A DNA stretch of 44,979 nt, from the IMG/VR virus record IMGVR_UViG_3300029244_000004; one strand, written 5' to 3'. Below, one piece after another: positions 24,347 through 33,012 of this stretch; position 1 is the first letter of the stretch, and each line of letters begins with the position of its first letter. The translations under genes were made by a program, and so were the position numbers. The notes under the pieces are model-generated. The model was not told the DNA's origin. It saw only the letters and a list, made by a program, of their open reading frames with translations, and did no database searches. The stretch is from a virus.

Positions 24347-25604
24347 TCTTCATCTTCAACTCCCATGTGTAACATTTTGACGGGCTTCCATCAGCCTGGT
24401 AGAACCGCTTAGACGCTTCGTTGTAATCAAGCCGCACCCGATCCCTCGCTCCAAACTCTCTATTCTTCAGCACGGTCAGGAGTGTAGAATATCCCACCTC
24501 CCGCACCTTCTCCTCCGGTACCCGCTCGACCTTGAACACGTTGTCAGCCCGGTTTGTAATATCCGCGCTCCCACCTACATCGTCCGCTTCAATCGGGCCG
24601 TCCGTTTTCCTGGGATGCGCCACCAGATGCACATGGACATCCAGCCGCTTTGAAAACGCCACCAGCCTCCCGGCAAATGAGGACTGCGCCCTCCAAAATC
24701 CAATTTGCTGCTCGTTCTTTAGTTCAGCCGTCATGATGTTATCTACAAGAAACGTGTCACACCCATACCTCCGGTTGGCATACTCGAAAAGTTTGAGAAT
24801 GTTGTCCTCGTCATGGGCATTCTTCTGCTGAATGTCCGTTAAAAACAGCATCTTGTCCCACCACTCGTTGATTGCTGGTATAACCCGATCCTCAACATCG
24901 TACATAACTCGGCCCGTCCGTTGGTCCTCCCGCCGCCGGGTGTGGAGATAACCCGCCGCCTGCTGGAGCAGCCCAAGTTTAAACTGCTCCTTTGGAAGCT
25001 CCCCAGAGTAGGCGCAGACGCAATGGCTTTGGTTCACCGCGTCTAACAATATCTGTCCCAGAATTGTGCTCTTGCCCTCCCCACGCTTTCCGGTCCAGAC
25101 GGACAGCTCTCCGCCTACAAAGCCTCCAATGGCCCGGTCCAGGTCAGGGATACCGGACACCACCCGCTTGGCGTTTTTCCGCTGTGTTGTGTCCACATCC
25201 GCCAGGTTGAGCAATCCTTGAGTGGGCAGCTCCTCCGCGTTGAGCAACAGCCGGTCAATGGCTTTCAGGCCGCCCTCCTCCCGCAATGACCACACCGTCT
25301 CGCACCCCAGGAAGTCACGTGGCGCTGGTACCATCACCGGGATGGGCACTCGCGCGGTCAACTGCTCCGCCGCCTCATCCTGTGCGGCACCAGGTGGGAT
25401 CGCCAGCAGGATATACGGGAACTGAGCCAGCCACTCCGTCCATCCGTTGACCTCAGACCAGGGTGCTGTCAGCGATTTGCACACCGCGTTGATCCTCACT
25501 GCGTCCACGTCCTCCGCGTTCCGTACCCACCAAAGCCCCGTGGGCTGGGATGGGTCTATGAACTCAGGACGGAACAACAGGGCGTCATTTGGCCCAGTAA
25601 TCAT
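24339..25604 (-). CDS. DnaB/Twinkle-like replicative helicase
   Basis: Walker A motif GKRGEGKST and a DnaB_C-like C-terminal half, with a degenerate primase/Toprim-like N-terminal half. Confidence 0.75.
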   Translation of the reverse strand: MITGPNDALLFRPEFIDPSQPTGLWWVRNAEDVDAVRINAVCKSLTAPWSEVNGWTEWLAQFPYILLAIPPGAAQDEAAEQLTARVPIPVMVPAPRDFLGCETVWSLREEGGLKAIDRLLLNAEELPTQGLLNLADVDTTQRKNAKRVVSGIPDLDRAIGGFVGGELSVWTGKRGEGKSTILGQILLDAVNQSHCVCAYSGELPKEQFKLGLLQQAAGYLHTRRREDQRTGRVMYDVEDRVIPAINEWWDKMLFLTDIQQKNAHDEDNILKLFEYANRRYGCDTFLVDNIMTAELKNEQQIGFWRAQSSFAGRLVAFSKRLDVHVHLVAHPRKTDGPIEADDVGGSADITNRADNVFKVERVPEEKVREVGYSTLLTVLKNREFGARDRVRLDYNEASKRFYQADGSPSKCYTWELKMKNG

Positions 25605-26289
25605 CCTCTCCGTCCCCCTTCCGCTTGTCTTCCACCGCGTCCCAATCGGCTAAACATCGAACGCCTTGAGCCAGCTTGTTTCGCAGGATCGCCCGGATAT
25701 ATGACCAGGACGTTTTTTTCTCATCCAGGGCAATATCAAACGCCCTTTGACAGCACTCCGGCCCCATCTGCTCCACATAGCCCTTTAGCTCATCAAGGCT
25801 CTGTTGTGACGGATTGGCGTTGATTTTATCCAGGTACGCAGACATGACGGTGGCGATGGCTTCGCGCGTGCGTGCGGAGGATGTTTCCTGTTCTAACGAT
25901 AAGTTATCTATATACGATGATGATGTTCCATTTCCTAAAGGTAATACCATGGTATTACCACTGGACATACCATCGTCATCCTTTTGTTTATTCCACCGCT
26001 TTGCCACATTCTCTCTTTGCCGTTGAGAGTGAGCCTCCCTTTTTTTGATCTCCTCCTCCATTCGGCGGTTGAACAGCTTGCCGTCCTCGTCCGTCTCGAA
26101 CTTCCCCCGGACCTCCTCAGACAGCCTCCCGACCGCACGGGCTACCTCCCCCTCCGTCATGTGCCCCCGCTCCCTCTGGAGGCACAGAAGGGTGATGTAC
26201 TGGCCACGCTCCTTCATATTCATCAGAGCCGCCCCGCCCAGGAAATCGGATGTATAGAACAAAACGGCGGGGTCTTTGTTCTTTGCCAT
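25585..26289 (-). CDS. replication protein (DUF1376/YdaU-like N-terminus plus DnaD-like C-terminus)
   Basis: N-terminus: PAVLFYTSDFLGGAALMNMKERGQYITLL. C-terminus: ..FDIALDEKKTSWSYIRAILRN. Confidence 0.65.
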   Translation of the reverse strand: MAKNKDPAVLFYTSDFLGGAALMNMKERGQYITLLCLQRERGHMTEGEVARAVGRLSEEVRGKFETDEDGKLFNRRMEEEIKKREAHSQRQRENVAKRWNKQKDDDGMSSGNTMVLPLGNGTSSSYIDNLSLEQETSSARTREAIATVMSAYLDKINANPSQQSLDELKGYVEQMGPECCQRAFDIALDEKKTSWSYIRAILRNKLAQGVRCLADWDAVEDKRKGDGEDDYWAK

Positions 26290-26303
26290 CTTATCTCATC
26301 CCC

Positions 26304-26729
26304 TTAAAACGGGAGTTTGCCGTCATCGTCGGCCAGTTCAGAAAAGCCGTCCTGCTGGGGCTCCGGCGCTCCGTAGTCCCCGCTGGTGTTGGAGGTGTCC
26401 CCGCTCCGCTGAGAGTCCCCGAAGTAGATATGGTCGGCTACCACCTCAGCGCTGGTGCGCTTGTTGCCGTCCTTGTCCGTCCAGTCACGCATCTGGAGCC
26501 GGCCCTCCACAACAGCCATACGTCCCTTAGTAAAATATCGGCTGACAAACTCCGCTGTGTTCCGCCAGGCCACCACGTCTATCCAGTCGGTGGCTTTCTC
26601 GCCAGTCTGCTTGTCCTTAAAGTCCCGATCCACCGCCAGGCGGAAGGAGGCCACGGGATTTCCTCCCTGAGTGTGGCGAAGCTCCGGATTTTTCGAGAGT
26701 CTTCCTTGCAGCACGATTTTATTCAGCAT
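26304..26729 (-). CDS. ssb: single-stranded DNA-binding protein
   Basis: MLNKIVLQGRLSKNPELRHTQGGNPVASFRLAVDR... with an acidic DDDGKLPF tail. Confidence 0.9.
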   Translation of the reverse strand: MLNKIVLQGRLSKNPELRHTQGGNPVASFRLAVDRDFKDKQTGEKATDWIDVVAWRNTAEFVSRYFTKGRMAVVEGRLQMRDWTDKDGNKRTSAEVVADHIYFGDSQRSGDTSNTSGDYGAPEPQQDGFSELADDDGKLPF

Positions 26730-26943
26730 TGTTATCCTCCAATCTGTATTCGGCGTAGCTCACTGCCTCGCCGTATCGGTTCTTTGCGCTGACAGTTGTT
26801 TTCTTGATTGAATACCCATGCTTATGCCTGAGGTCATATATCCTCGCTCCCAGTCGGTAGCAACCCAGATCCAAAAATGCCTGTGCCGGGTTGATAGAAC
26901 CAAAATCCTTTATGTACTGGAGGACTCGCTCACACTGTCCCAT
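26719..26943 (-). CDS. winged-helix DNA-binding protein (HTH_39-like)
   Basis: ..GCYRLGARIYDLRHKHGYSI..TVSAKNRYGEAVSYAEY. Confidence 0.55.
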   Translation of the reverse strand: MGQCERVLQYIKDFGSINPAQAFLDLGCYRLGARIYDLRHKHGYSIKKTTVSAKNRYGEAVSYAEYRLEDNNAE

Positions 26944-27278
26944 TTGTGATACCTCACTTTCTCCTCGGTCCAGTCAGGATAAAAGCCTCTGAGATAGTTG
27001 ATGATGTATGCCCTGATGTCCGCCTGAGAATGGAATCCCAGAGGCCGCAGCCGATCCATAAACAGCCCCTCGTCAAAAGCGTAGTGGCAGGGGCCGCACA
27101 GGGTAACGATGTTCTCCACCACCCCCATGCCGCCCTGGGAGCGGCGTACCACATGACAGTGGGGGCCTCCCGGAGCTCCGCAGAGGATACAGGTTGCGGG
27201 GCCGTGGGTGCAGTCCCGCGCGGCCACAGCGGCCTTGACACTGGCTGATATGGCTGTTTGCTTGGTCTGTTTATGCAC
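26910..27278 (-). CDS. HNH endonuclease
   Basis: CILCG....HCHVVRRSQGG....NIVTLCGPCH. Confidence 0.75.
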   Translation of the reverse strand: MHKQTKQTAISASVKAAVAARDCTHGPATCILCGAPGGPHCHVVRRSQGGMGVVENIVTLCGPCHYAFDEGLFMDRLRPLGFHSQADIRAYIINYLRGFYPDWTEEKVRYHKWDSVSESSST

Positions 27279-27801
27279 GGCCCCACTCCTCCTTCATGGC
27301 CGCCAGCTTCTCAGGCGGCAATGTCTCAATGCCAAGGTCCTTGCAGTCTTGCACGATGCTGTCAATGAGCCGGGACATTTGCTTTGTGTTATATTGGCTG
27401 GAGCCGTAGTACGCCCGGACTACCTGACGATCCCCGGACCTGGAATAATCCACGATCTCCGTGGGCCATCCCGTCCCCTGCCTTTCCCACACCGTGCGGA
27501 AAGTCTTGACCGCCGCCGCCTCCAGAATGAAGTCCCGGAAAATCCCGATTTCCCGCACTTTCTGGAGATAGATTTCCTCCTTCGTAGAGCGGATAGCGTC
27601 CGCCAGCTTGTCTAAAAGGACCCAGCAGTAGGCATTGGCGTCTAGACTCCGCTTTTCCCGGTGCTCCTTGATTTCGCAGTCATAGATGCGGTTTTGCTTG
27701 TCCAGAATGAAAGTTCTGGCTGGAGCGGGCTCATTGACCTTTAGGCACAGCCAAACCCCGCTGTCCATCTGGATACGGGCCTCTGTAAACGTGAGGGTCA
27801 T
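27271..27801 (-). CDS. NinB/Orf-like recombination mediator
   Basis: ..EKRSLDANAYCWVLLDKLA.. corresponds to the RSLDQN motif of lambda NinB. Confidence 0.6.
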   Translation of the reverse strand: MTLTFTEARIQMDSGVWLCLKVNEPAPARTFILDKQNRIYDCEIKEHREKRSLDANAYCWVLLDKLADAIRSTKEEIYLQKVREIGIFRDFILEAAAVKTFRTVWERQGTGWPTEIVDYSRSGDRQVVRAYYGSSQYNTKQMSRLIDSIVQDCKDLGIETLPPEKLAAMKEEWGRA

Positions 27802-28406
27802 TGTCCCGCCGCCTTTTCAGCCGCAAACGCTTTTTTCTGGCATACCGGGCAGAGCTGCCGCCCAAACCGCCCAGTGGAATAGGCTATGATGTCCGCCACT
27901 GGCCAAGGGGTTCCATCTCGCTTCACCCCGTCTACCAGTTGCGTCCGGCAATCAGAGCAGTATAGAGGTGTCTCACGCTTTCTGCTATGATCCCTAGTCC
28001 GCTCCGTGTACTCGTTTGTATCCGGGTCTTTTGTATCATCAATGCAGAATAGGCCGTTTAGGGCGTACTTCCGGGCGTAGGAAGAGGCTGTGCCAGTGAC
28101 TTGGGCCTCGTCCATCCCCTTCTTTTCTGACGCCTCTCTGGCATAGGCACTGTTGGTCATAAAGTCATCCCCATCCATATCCCTCAGGGTGGCGGTGGCA
28201 CAAACGTAGTAGCGGTCCCCGCAGTTCATCAGCTCGTCTCCCACCGTCAGTACCAATCGGTGCTTCTGGAGCAGGGGCTTCACCGCCTCCAAAATGTCCT
28301 CACAGGAGCGGTATTTGTATCCGCCAAACTTGTTGGTCTGCCCCTTTGGTGCCTTAAGCTCCGCTTGGAGCTGGCCTACACGTTCTAAAAACTTGTTTTC
28401 CATCAA
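27798..28406 (-). CDS. ERF-family single-strand annealing protein
   Basis: ..NKFGGYKYRSCEDILEAVKPLL...TGTASSYARKYALNGLF.. matches the ERF pattern. Confidence 0.8.
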   Translation of the reverse strand: MMENKFLERVGQLQAELKAPKGQTNKFGGYKYRSCEDILEAVKPLLQKHRLVLTVGDELMNCGDRYYVCATATLRDMDGDDFMTNSAYAREASEKKGMDEAQVTGTASSYARKYALNGLFCIDDTKDPDTNEYTERTRDHSRKRETPLYCSDCRTQLVDGVKRDGTPWPVADIIAYSTGRFGRQLCPVCQKKAFAAEKAAGQ

Positions 28407-28630
28407 ATCGCCTCCTCATATCTCATACCAAGACAGTCAGCCACGATTGCGGGGCTGACCCGGAGCAGTTCTTTTACCCGATCCTGGAAACAGTTGGCGC
28501 ACATCCTCCGTCCATCCTCCAGGATAATGGGGTCTGTCTCGTACTGCTCTGCCCCACATTTGGAGCAGTACCATGCAGGAGATGCATCCTGCGGATCTCT
28601 CACAGCGCCCACCCCACCAGCAGAGAGCAC
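28403..28630 (-). CDS. zinc-ribbon small protein
   Basis: WYCSKCG...MCANC. Confidence 0.5.
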   Translation of the reverse strand: MLSAGGVGAVRDPQDASPAWYCSKCGAEQYETDPIILEDGRRMCANCFQDRVKELLRVSPAIVADCLGMRYEEAI

Positions 28631-28773
28631 ATAAAGATCATGCTAGACACCACCAGGCACTGCCTCACAATGCGGTTCATGCGTGCCTCACGCTCCCGGC
28701 GGCACTGATAGCAATATTCTCTAGCGTCGTGGTTTCGCTCCACCAGAGAGCGTCCGTCCTCAATGTACTTCAT
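28600..28773 (-). CDS. 57-aa tail-anchored membrane protein
   Basis: GGAGG lies 6 nt before ATG 28773. Translation: MKYIEDGRSLVERNHDAREYCYQCRRE...CLVVSSMIFMCSLLVGWAL. Confidence 0.55.
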   Translation of the reverse strand: MKYIEDGRSLVERNHDAREYCYQCRREREARMNRIVRQCLVVSSMIFMCSLLVGWAL

Positions 28774-29497
28774 TCTTTTCCTCCACAATCCTGGCCTTTG
28801 CCATCTCAATAGCAAGCATATAAACTCGTCCATGTTCGTTGTCTCCGTGGGTCTGTTTTACCTTGTCGGAAAACTCCTCCAGATCCCCCAAAAAGCACCC
28901 ACAGGAAACATAGATCTTTCCGTCTTTACATCGAAAAAAGGTTGTGGTTCCGTTGCGAGAGCCAATAGCTCCGATCCAAAAGACAGTACCTATCTTACAC
29001 ACCTCGGCGTTGCCGGACACCCTGGCGTTGCCGGACACCTCGGCATTGCCGTACACCTCGGCGTTGCCGGACACCCTGGCGTTGCCGGACACCCTGGCGT
29101 TGCCGTCCACCACGGCGTTGCCGTACACCACGGCGTTGCCGTACACCCAGGCGTTGCCGTACACCCTGGCGTTGCCGTCCACCACGGCGTTGCCGTACAC
29201 CTCGGCGTTGCCGTACACCCAGGCGTCGCCGGACACCCTGGCGTCGCCGTACACCCAGGCGTTGCCGTACACCCAGGCGTTGCCGGACTGACTCAAATTT
29301 TCCTCCTTCTCAATCCAGCCACCTAGATCGCCAGCATTTACATTTCCAAACTGAACCAGAGCTTTGATGCGGTATAAGGTTTTCCCAAGGAAGACCTTCG
29401 TTTCAGATGTCAACTCATACTTTTTCACTTCTTCCGCCTCTTTTCCATAAATTCCGCCACAGCGAGGGCGGTACAGATTACAATGCACACCATGCAC
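28760..29497 (-). CDS. hexapeptide-repeat (beta-helix type) phage protein; start uncertain
   Basis: About 16 consecutive GNA.V. hexads are flanked by the conserved-looking LYRIKAL..GDLGGWIEKEENLSQ and ..CGCFLGDLEEFSDKVKQTHGDN. The true start may be the internal GTG before KKYEL. Confidence 0.7.
   Translation of the reverse strand: MHGVHCNLYRPRCGGIYGKEAEEVKKYELTSETKVFLGKTLYRIKALVQFGNVNAGDLGGWIEKEENLSQSGNAWVYGNAWVYGDARVSGDAWVYGNAEVYGNAVVDGNARVYGNAWVYGNAVVYGNAVVDGNARVSGNARVSGNAEVYGNAEVSGNARVSGNAEVCKIGTVFWIGAIGSRNGTTTFFRCKDGKIYVSCGCFLGDLEEFSDKVKQTHGDNEHGRVYMLAIEMAKARIVEEKNEVH
29006..29293 (-). repeat. 16 tandem 18-bp coding repeats (GGCGTTGCCGTACACCNN on the plus strand)
   Basis: Counted directly. 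The units are contiguous with no spacers and are in frame (6 codons per unit). Confidence 0.9.
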
Positions 29498-29512
29498 ACC
29501 ACGGATAAAAAC

Positions 29513-29710
29513 TCAAACAATTCTGATTCCTCCCAGTGTCATCAAATAGAACCACTGCTCTTGAGTAAGGCGTACCTCCTGCTCGTCCAGGAGCTTTGCG
29601 ATAGAGCCATCGCCGCATCCGATCTCATGGGCAATGCCCCTTTGTGAGAGCCTATGCCGCTCCATAGCCCGCTGGGTGATACGGCGGACTGTCTCATTTG
29701 GAGTTTTCAT
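29513..29710 (-). CDS. small HTH-like protein
   Basis: ..RLSQRGIAHEIGCGDGSIAKLL.. Confidence 0.45.
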   Translation of the reverse strand: MKTPNETVRRITQRAMERHRLSQRGIAHEIGCGDGSIAKLLDEQEVRLTQEQWFYLMTLGGIRIV

Positions 29711-29891
29711 TTCTCTCCTCCCGGTCTAGGATTCTCGCCATGACTTCGGCTAAATTCCGAACCGTTTTAAGCAGCTCCGGCACATCAACTCCATAATGAT
29801 CCCGTTCCAGATTGTTCATGTGCATCCTAGAATTCCGGCTCTGCGTCCCAAGGTCCTTAATGCTGTCGTTCTCTTCAAGCGTTTTTTTCAT
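29694..29891 (-). CDS. hypothetical protein (65 aa)
   Basis: ORF coupled to 29513..29710. Confidence 0.45.
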   Translation of the reverse strand: MKKTLEENDSIKDLGTQSRNSRMHMNNLERDHYGVDVPELLKTVRNLAEVMARILDREERNENSK

Positions 29892-29909
29892 AAAATTTTC
29901 CTTTCCGGC

Positions 29910-29938
29910 TTGACAGAGAACGGATGTTCTAGTATGAT
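29910..29938 (+). promoter_or_regulatory. near-consensus sigma-70 promoter, antisense to the early operon
   Basis: TTGACA (29910-15), 17 nt, TATGAT (29933-38). Confidence 0.65.
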
Positions 29939-29944
29939 GTATCT

Positions 29945-30020
29945 ATCAAGCCTAATTGCCTACTCAGTTAGGTTTGCCAGCCTCGTCAGGTGTGTCCAGC
30001 ACCTGATGGGGCGATTTTTA
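29945..30020 (+). ncRNA. about 75-nt orphan small RNA candidate
   Basis: A promoter lies upstream. The 5' hairpin pairs 29948-55 with 29968-75. A 12-bp terminator stem (29981-92 pairing with 30000-11) is followed by UUUUU. No RBS or plausible ORF is present. Confidence 0.55.
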
Positions 30021-30800
30021 TAACAGGTTTGGTAATCGGTTTTCTTCTCTCTGCCCATAGTTATATGCCAGCAAAATTTGTACAGCGTACTTTCTGGCAC
30101 CGGATGACCTATCCACCTGTGCGTCTCTAATTAAGTCATTTGGATGCTTCCTGCTTAGTTTTTGGATCAATATGTCCTCTTTCGCCTGTTCTTTGTACGT
30201 CCGAAGGAAAAGGCCAAGCCCCTTCAAGATTTGCGCCTGTGCGCCAGCCGGGTCCCCGTTCCACGCGCCTTTTATAACGCGGATATACATCGCATACAGT
30301 TCGTTGTCGTTAATTGCAAGAAACTCGTTCCATAGAGTGCTGACTGCTACGACAGCGTTTTTAGCCTTGTTTCCGGTCCACGAAATTTCGAGGCCGTTAG
30401 CCTCTGTAACCCTCTGGAAATCGATTGACTGTTTATCTCCATAGTTTCCAAGGACCCGTATTTTGTCGGTCAGTGTGACGCGGCTCGTTGTCCCTCTCTG
30501 ATTAATGAACATATTAGCTGCGTCCATTTTTGTCATTCCGTTATAGACCCGACACTTTACGCAGAGGTCACGACCGGCGTTTCTGGCCTTTAAGACCTTC
30601 ATTGTCATCTGCCCATCAAAGCAGTAATACTTTCCATCAATCAGGGCTACGCTGATAGGCTGAACGAGGTTCGGGTCGAATGTCCGCATGATCTTGTTGA
30701 ACTGCGCCCTACGCCGGTTTACGTCCCTCTGGCCAAGGTCATCAATCAGGATGTCCTTTGTGTTGAGGTCTAAAAGCTGGACTTCAATTTTCTGTGCCAT
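30018..30800 (-). CDS. ParB-N/DGQHR-like domain protein
   Basis: ..ISVALIDGKYYCFDGQMTMKVL.. resembles the DGQHR/ParB-like nuclease fold motif. Confidence 0.5.
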   Translation of the reverse strand: MAQKIEVQLLDLNTKDILIDDLGQRDVNRRRAQFNKIMRTFDPNLVQPISVALIDGKYYCFDGQMTMKVLKARNAGRDLCVKCRVYNGMTKMDAANMFINQRGTTSRVTLTDKIRVLGNYGDKQSIDFQRVTEANGLEISWTGNKAKNAVVAVSTLWNEFLAINDNELYAMYIRVIKGAWNGDPAGAQAQILKGLGLFLRTYKEQAKEDILIQKLSRKHPNDLIRDAQVDRSSGARKYAVQILLAYNYGQREENRLPNLL

Positions 30801-31743
30801 TCTCTCTCACCATCCTTACCATGTTTTTGTACTTTTCGATGACCTCAACGCCTCTGTCCAGTTCTTTCATAGCGGCGTCACGCCCAGCAGGAATATCAAG
30901 CATTTCTCGGTGGACAAGAACCATATGCTGTTTCAAAGAAGCATCCAGGGCCTTGATAGCAGTATGAATGAGCTCCTGAAACTCCGACACGGTAAATGGA
31001 GCAGGAGGGACTTCCGGCTCAACCTTTGGGATAGGGCGGAGAATCGCCTTCGCGGTGTCCGTGTCGCCATTCTTGATAGCCTCCACGGCCTCGCGTTTCT
31101 TTTCCTCCGGGGCGTTTCGGATTTCAGAGATAACGGACCTGGGGGCTTTCACAGAACCGGACAGGACGGCCTCTTTGATACCGGGAGAGATCTTTTCTGC
31201 TTCGTTTAATCCGTCTACGAAATGTTCCGCTCGCTCAACTGTAGATCCACCAACGCCGAATTGCTTTGCAATTACATCTTTTGTCTTTCCTTGTTTTGGT
31301 AGGTCTTCACTTTGAAGACTTACCTCTGTCTTTGTGTATTGATTTCCTCGAAACCCATCAGATGCCCCCATAGACATCTTCTGCGCCTTGTATGCCTCAC
31401 CAATCAGTGTGGTCTTTTGCTCATCAGTGATATTCCGCCGTCCCAACTGGTTCCGGCACATCCAAACAATAGCCGCCCACTTATCAGGGAAGTCCATCTG
31501 CTTCACTCTGAAAGGGATTTCAGGATGCTTCTGGATAATTTTGTAACGGTGGTGGCCGTCAATGATAGTGTTGTGCCACACAACCAGCGGCTCCCGCACT
31601 TCTCCGTCAGCAACGATATTCTCTTCCAGTTTGGAGAACTCGTCTGCTGACAGAGGCGGTATCTTATCCCGAAATTCGGGATCAATATTTAACTGTCTCA
31701 CTTTTCCTCCTTGTATTCCGTCCCGCACCATGCTAAAATACAA
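30784..31743 (-). CDS. ParB-like nuclease domain protein
   Basis: ..REPLVVWHNTIIDGHHRYKI.. matches the ParB N-terminal pattern, followed by a helical C-terminus. Confidence 0.7.
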   Translation of the reverse strand: MYFSMVRDGIQGGKVRQLNIDPEFRDKIPPLSADEFSKLEENIVADGEVREPLVVWHNTIIDGHHRYKIIQKHPEIPFRVKQMDFPDKWAAIVWMCRNQLGRRNITDEQKTTLIGEAYKAQKMSMGASDGFRGNQYTKTEVSLQSEDLPKQGKTKDVIAKQFGVGGSTVERAEHFVDGLNEAEKISPGIKEAVLSGSVKAPRSVISEIRNAPEEKKREAVEAIKNGDTDTAKAILRPIPKVEPEVPPAPFTVSEFQELIHTAIKALDASLKQHMVLVHREMLDIPAGRDAAMKELDRGVEVIEKYKNMVRMVRENGTEN

Positions 31744-31803
31744 GGTGCAAGGACTTGTCCTGTTCTTTCGCCCTCATCCGTGCGCTACCACGGGTGGGGG
31801 CAA

Positions 31804-32193
31804 TTATTTTGTTGCTGACAAAGCCGCACTCAAAATAGTCTGTAAGCCGGATAGTCTTTCGTTTACGATTCGCTCAATCCCATCCACCGCCAGCTCCTCG
31901 ACCTCCCGCAGCCTGTAAGTAGGCAGGTCGCCCCGTTTGTACTTCACCAGAAGCCCCGGCGAGATGTTATAGGCCCAGCTTCCAGTTTCCTGATTCTGTA
32001 CTCCAAAGCCAAAGGGTGCCCTCTGCTCCTGGAGCGCCCGGTACAGCGTGGGTGTGGACCATCCGATGAACTGAGCCGCCAAATAAACTGGCACATTGGA
32101 ATGTGATAGGATCTCCTTCTCCCCGATAGGTGGGGTCTCTTGCTTCTTCATGGTTTCCTCCTTTCTGGTCATTTTATTGGCCGCTTCCTTCAT
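31804..32193 (-). CDS. HTH DNA-binding protein (excisionase/AlpA-like)
   Basis: GGAGG lies 6 nt before ATG 32193. The sequence contains ..VPVYLAAQFIGWSTPTLYRALQEQRAPF.. Confidence 0.5.
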   Translation of the reverse strand: MKEAANKMTRKEETMKKQETPPIGEKEILSHSNVPVYLAAQFIGWSTPTLYRALQEQRAPFGFGVQNQETGSWAYNISPGLLVKYKRGDLPTYRLREVEELAVDGIERIVNERLSGLQTILSAALSATK

Positions 32194-32245
32194 ATTTACC
32201 TCCGTTCCCTGTCGTGATATACTGGCGGAGAAGGGAGGCTTACAA

Positions 32246-32623
32246 ATGATAGAGAAAATAGATTTGATTGAATTTGAAAAAATCGTTCTTTCAAGAGATG
32301 AAGCAAAAGCCCTCAAGCTTCTTCAATCTAAAAATATCTTGCTTGATGATAAATCAAAGAACGCCCTTAATCGGTTGATTCGTCTTGGGTTGGCTGAAAA
32401 ATATTACACCAGGTGGAATAATGAGCCGCATTTTGGCGCTCGCTTATCAGACCGCGGCAAAGACTTCTTGATGTTTTCCAGACGGTCAAAAGCAAATTCC
32501 AGAAAAAATTCGCGGAGATACTGGATAACAACTTTGATTGCTGTGATTGCTTTGGTCAAATCCTTCATGCCAGAAATTTCCGCAGGATTGGTATGGCTAT
32601 TGAAGTTATTAGGGCTACAATAG
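32246..32623 (+). CDS. tail-anchored membrane protein (plus-strand moron in the immunity region)
   Basis: GGGAGG lies before ATG 32246. The 125-aa protein is AT-richer than its surroundings and has a C-terminal TM segment YWITTLIAVIALV. Confidence 0.55.
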   Translation: MIEKIDLIEFEKIVLSRDEAKALKLLQSKNILLDDKSKNALNRLIRLGLAEKYYTRWNNEPHFGARLSDRGKDFLMFSRRSKANSRKNSRRYWITTLIAVIALVKSFMPEISAGLVWLLKLLGLQ

Positions 32624-32720
32624 ACAGGCCAAGCGGAAGATAAGGATGCCTTTCTGGAAAGTCATAAAGCCACTCCTTAAATTTCTCCATCCCTCTCACC
32701 CCCTCCCCATTCAGTCCTTT

Positions 32721-32954
32721 TTATTGGACAGTTCCCGTGCTATCATGATCGCACTTCTGGATTTCCAAAATTTCCCGGATAGCCTGAACAACCTTGGGGG
32801 TGGAGAGCTGGCCGGTCTTGATCTTGTACATATAAGAATCATCAAAATACAAGCCAGTCCTGTTTCGAACTTCCTCAATTAACCAGGTCTGCGGTTTGTC
32901 TAAGTCAATCAGCCGCTTCCCGATGTCCTTGCCGAACGCCGTAAGTTGTGCCAT
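32721..32954 (-). CDS. Cro-like HTH regulator
   Basis: GGAGGTGA lies 8 nt before ATG 32954. The gene is divergent from the CI-like gene and first in the early operon. Confidence 0.6.
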   Translation of the reverse strand: MAQLTAFGKDIGKRLIDLDKPQTWLIEEVRNRTGLYFDDSYMYKIKTGQLSTPKVVQAIREILEIQKCDHDSTGTVQ

Positions 32955-32983
32955 TCCATTGCTCACCTCCCTATATCGTGTTG

Positions 32984-33012
32984 TTGACAATTACGGAAAG
33001 TTGTAATATACT
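32984..33012 (+). promoter_or_regulatory. rightward promoter candidate (towards the repressor gene)
   Basis: TTGACA, 17 nt, TATACT. Confidence 0.5.

Noticed and set aside
29006-29293. Possible CRISPR array or non-coding satellite
   Set aside because: The repeats are contiguous 18-mers with no spacers, in frame and inside an ORF. This is a coding tandem repeat, not CRISPR.
28763-29326. 187-aa and 115-aa plus-strand ORFs across the 18-bp repeat array
   Set aside because: These frames are kept open only by the periodic repeat. The sense-strand hexapeptide protein has conserved flanking domains.
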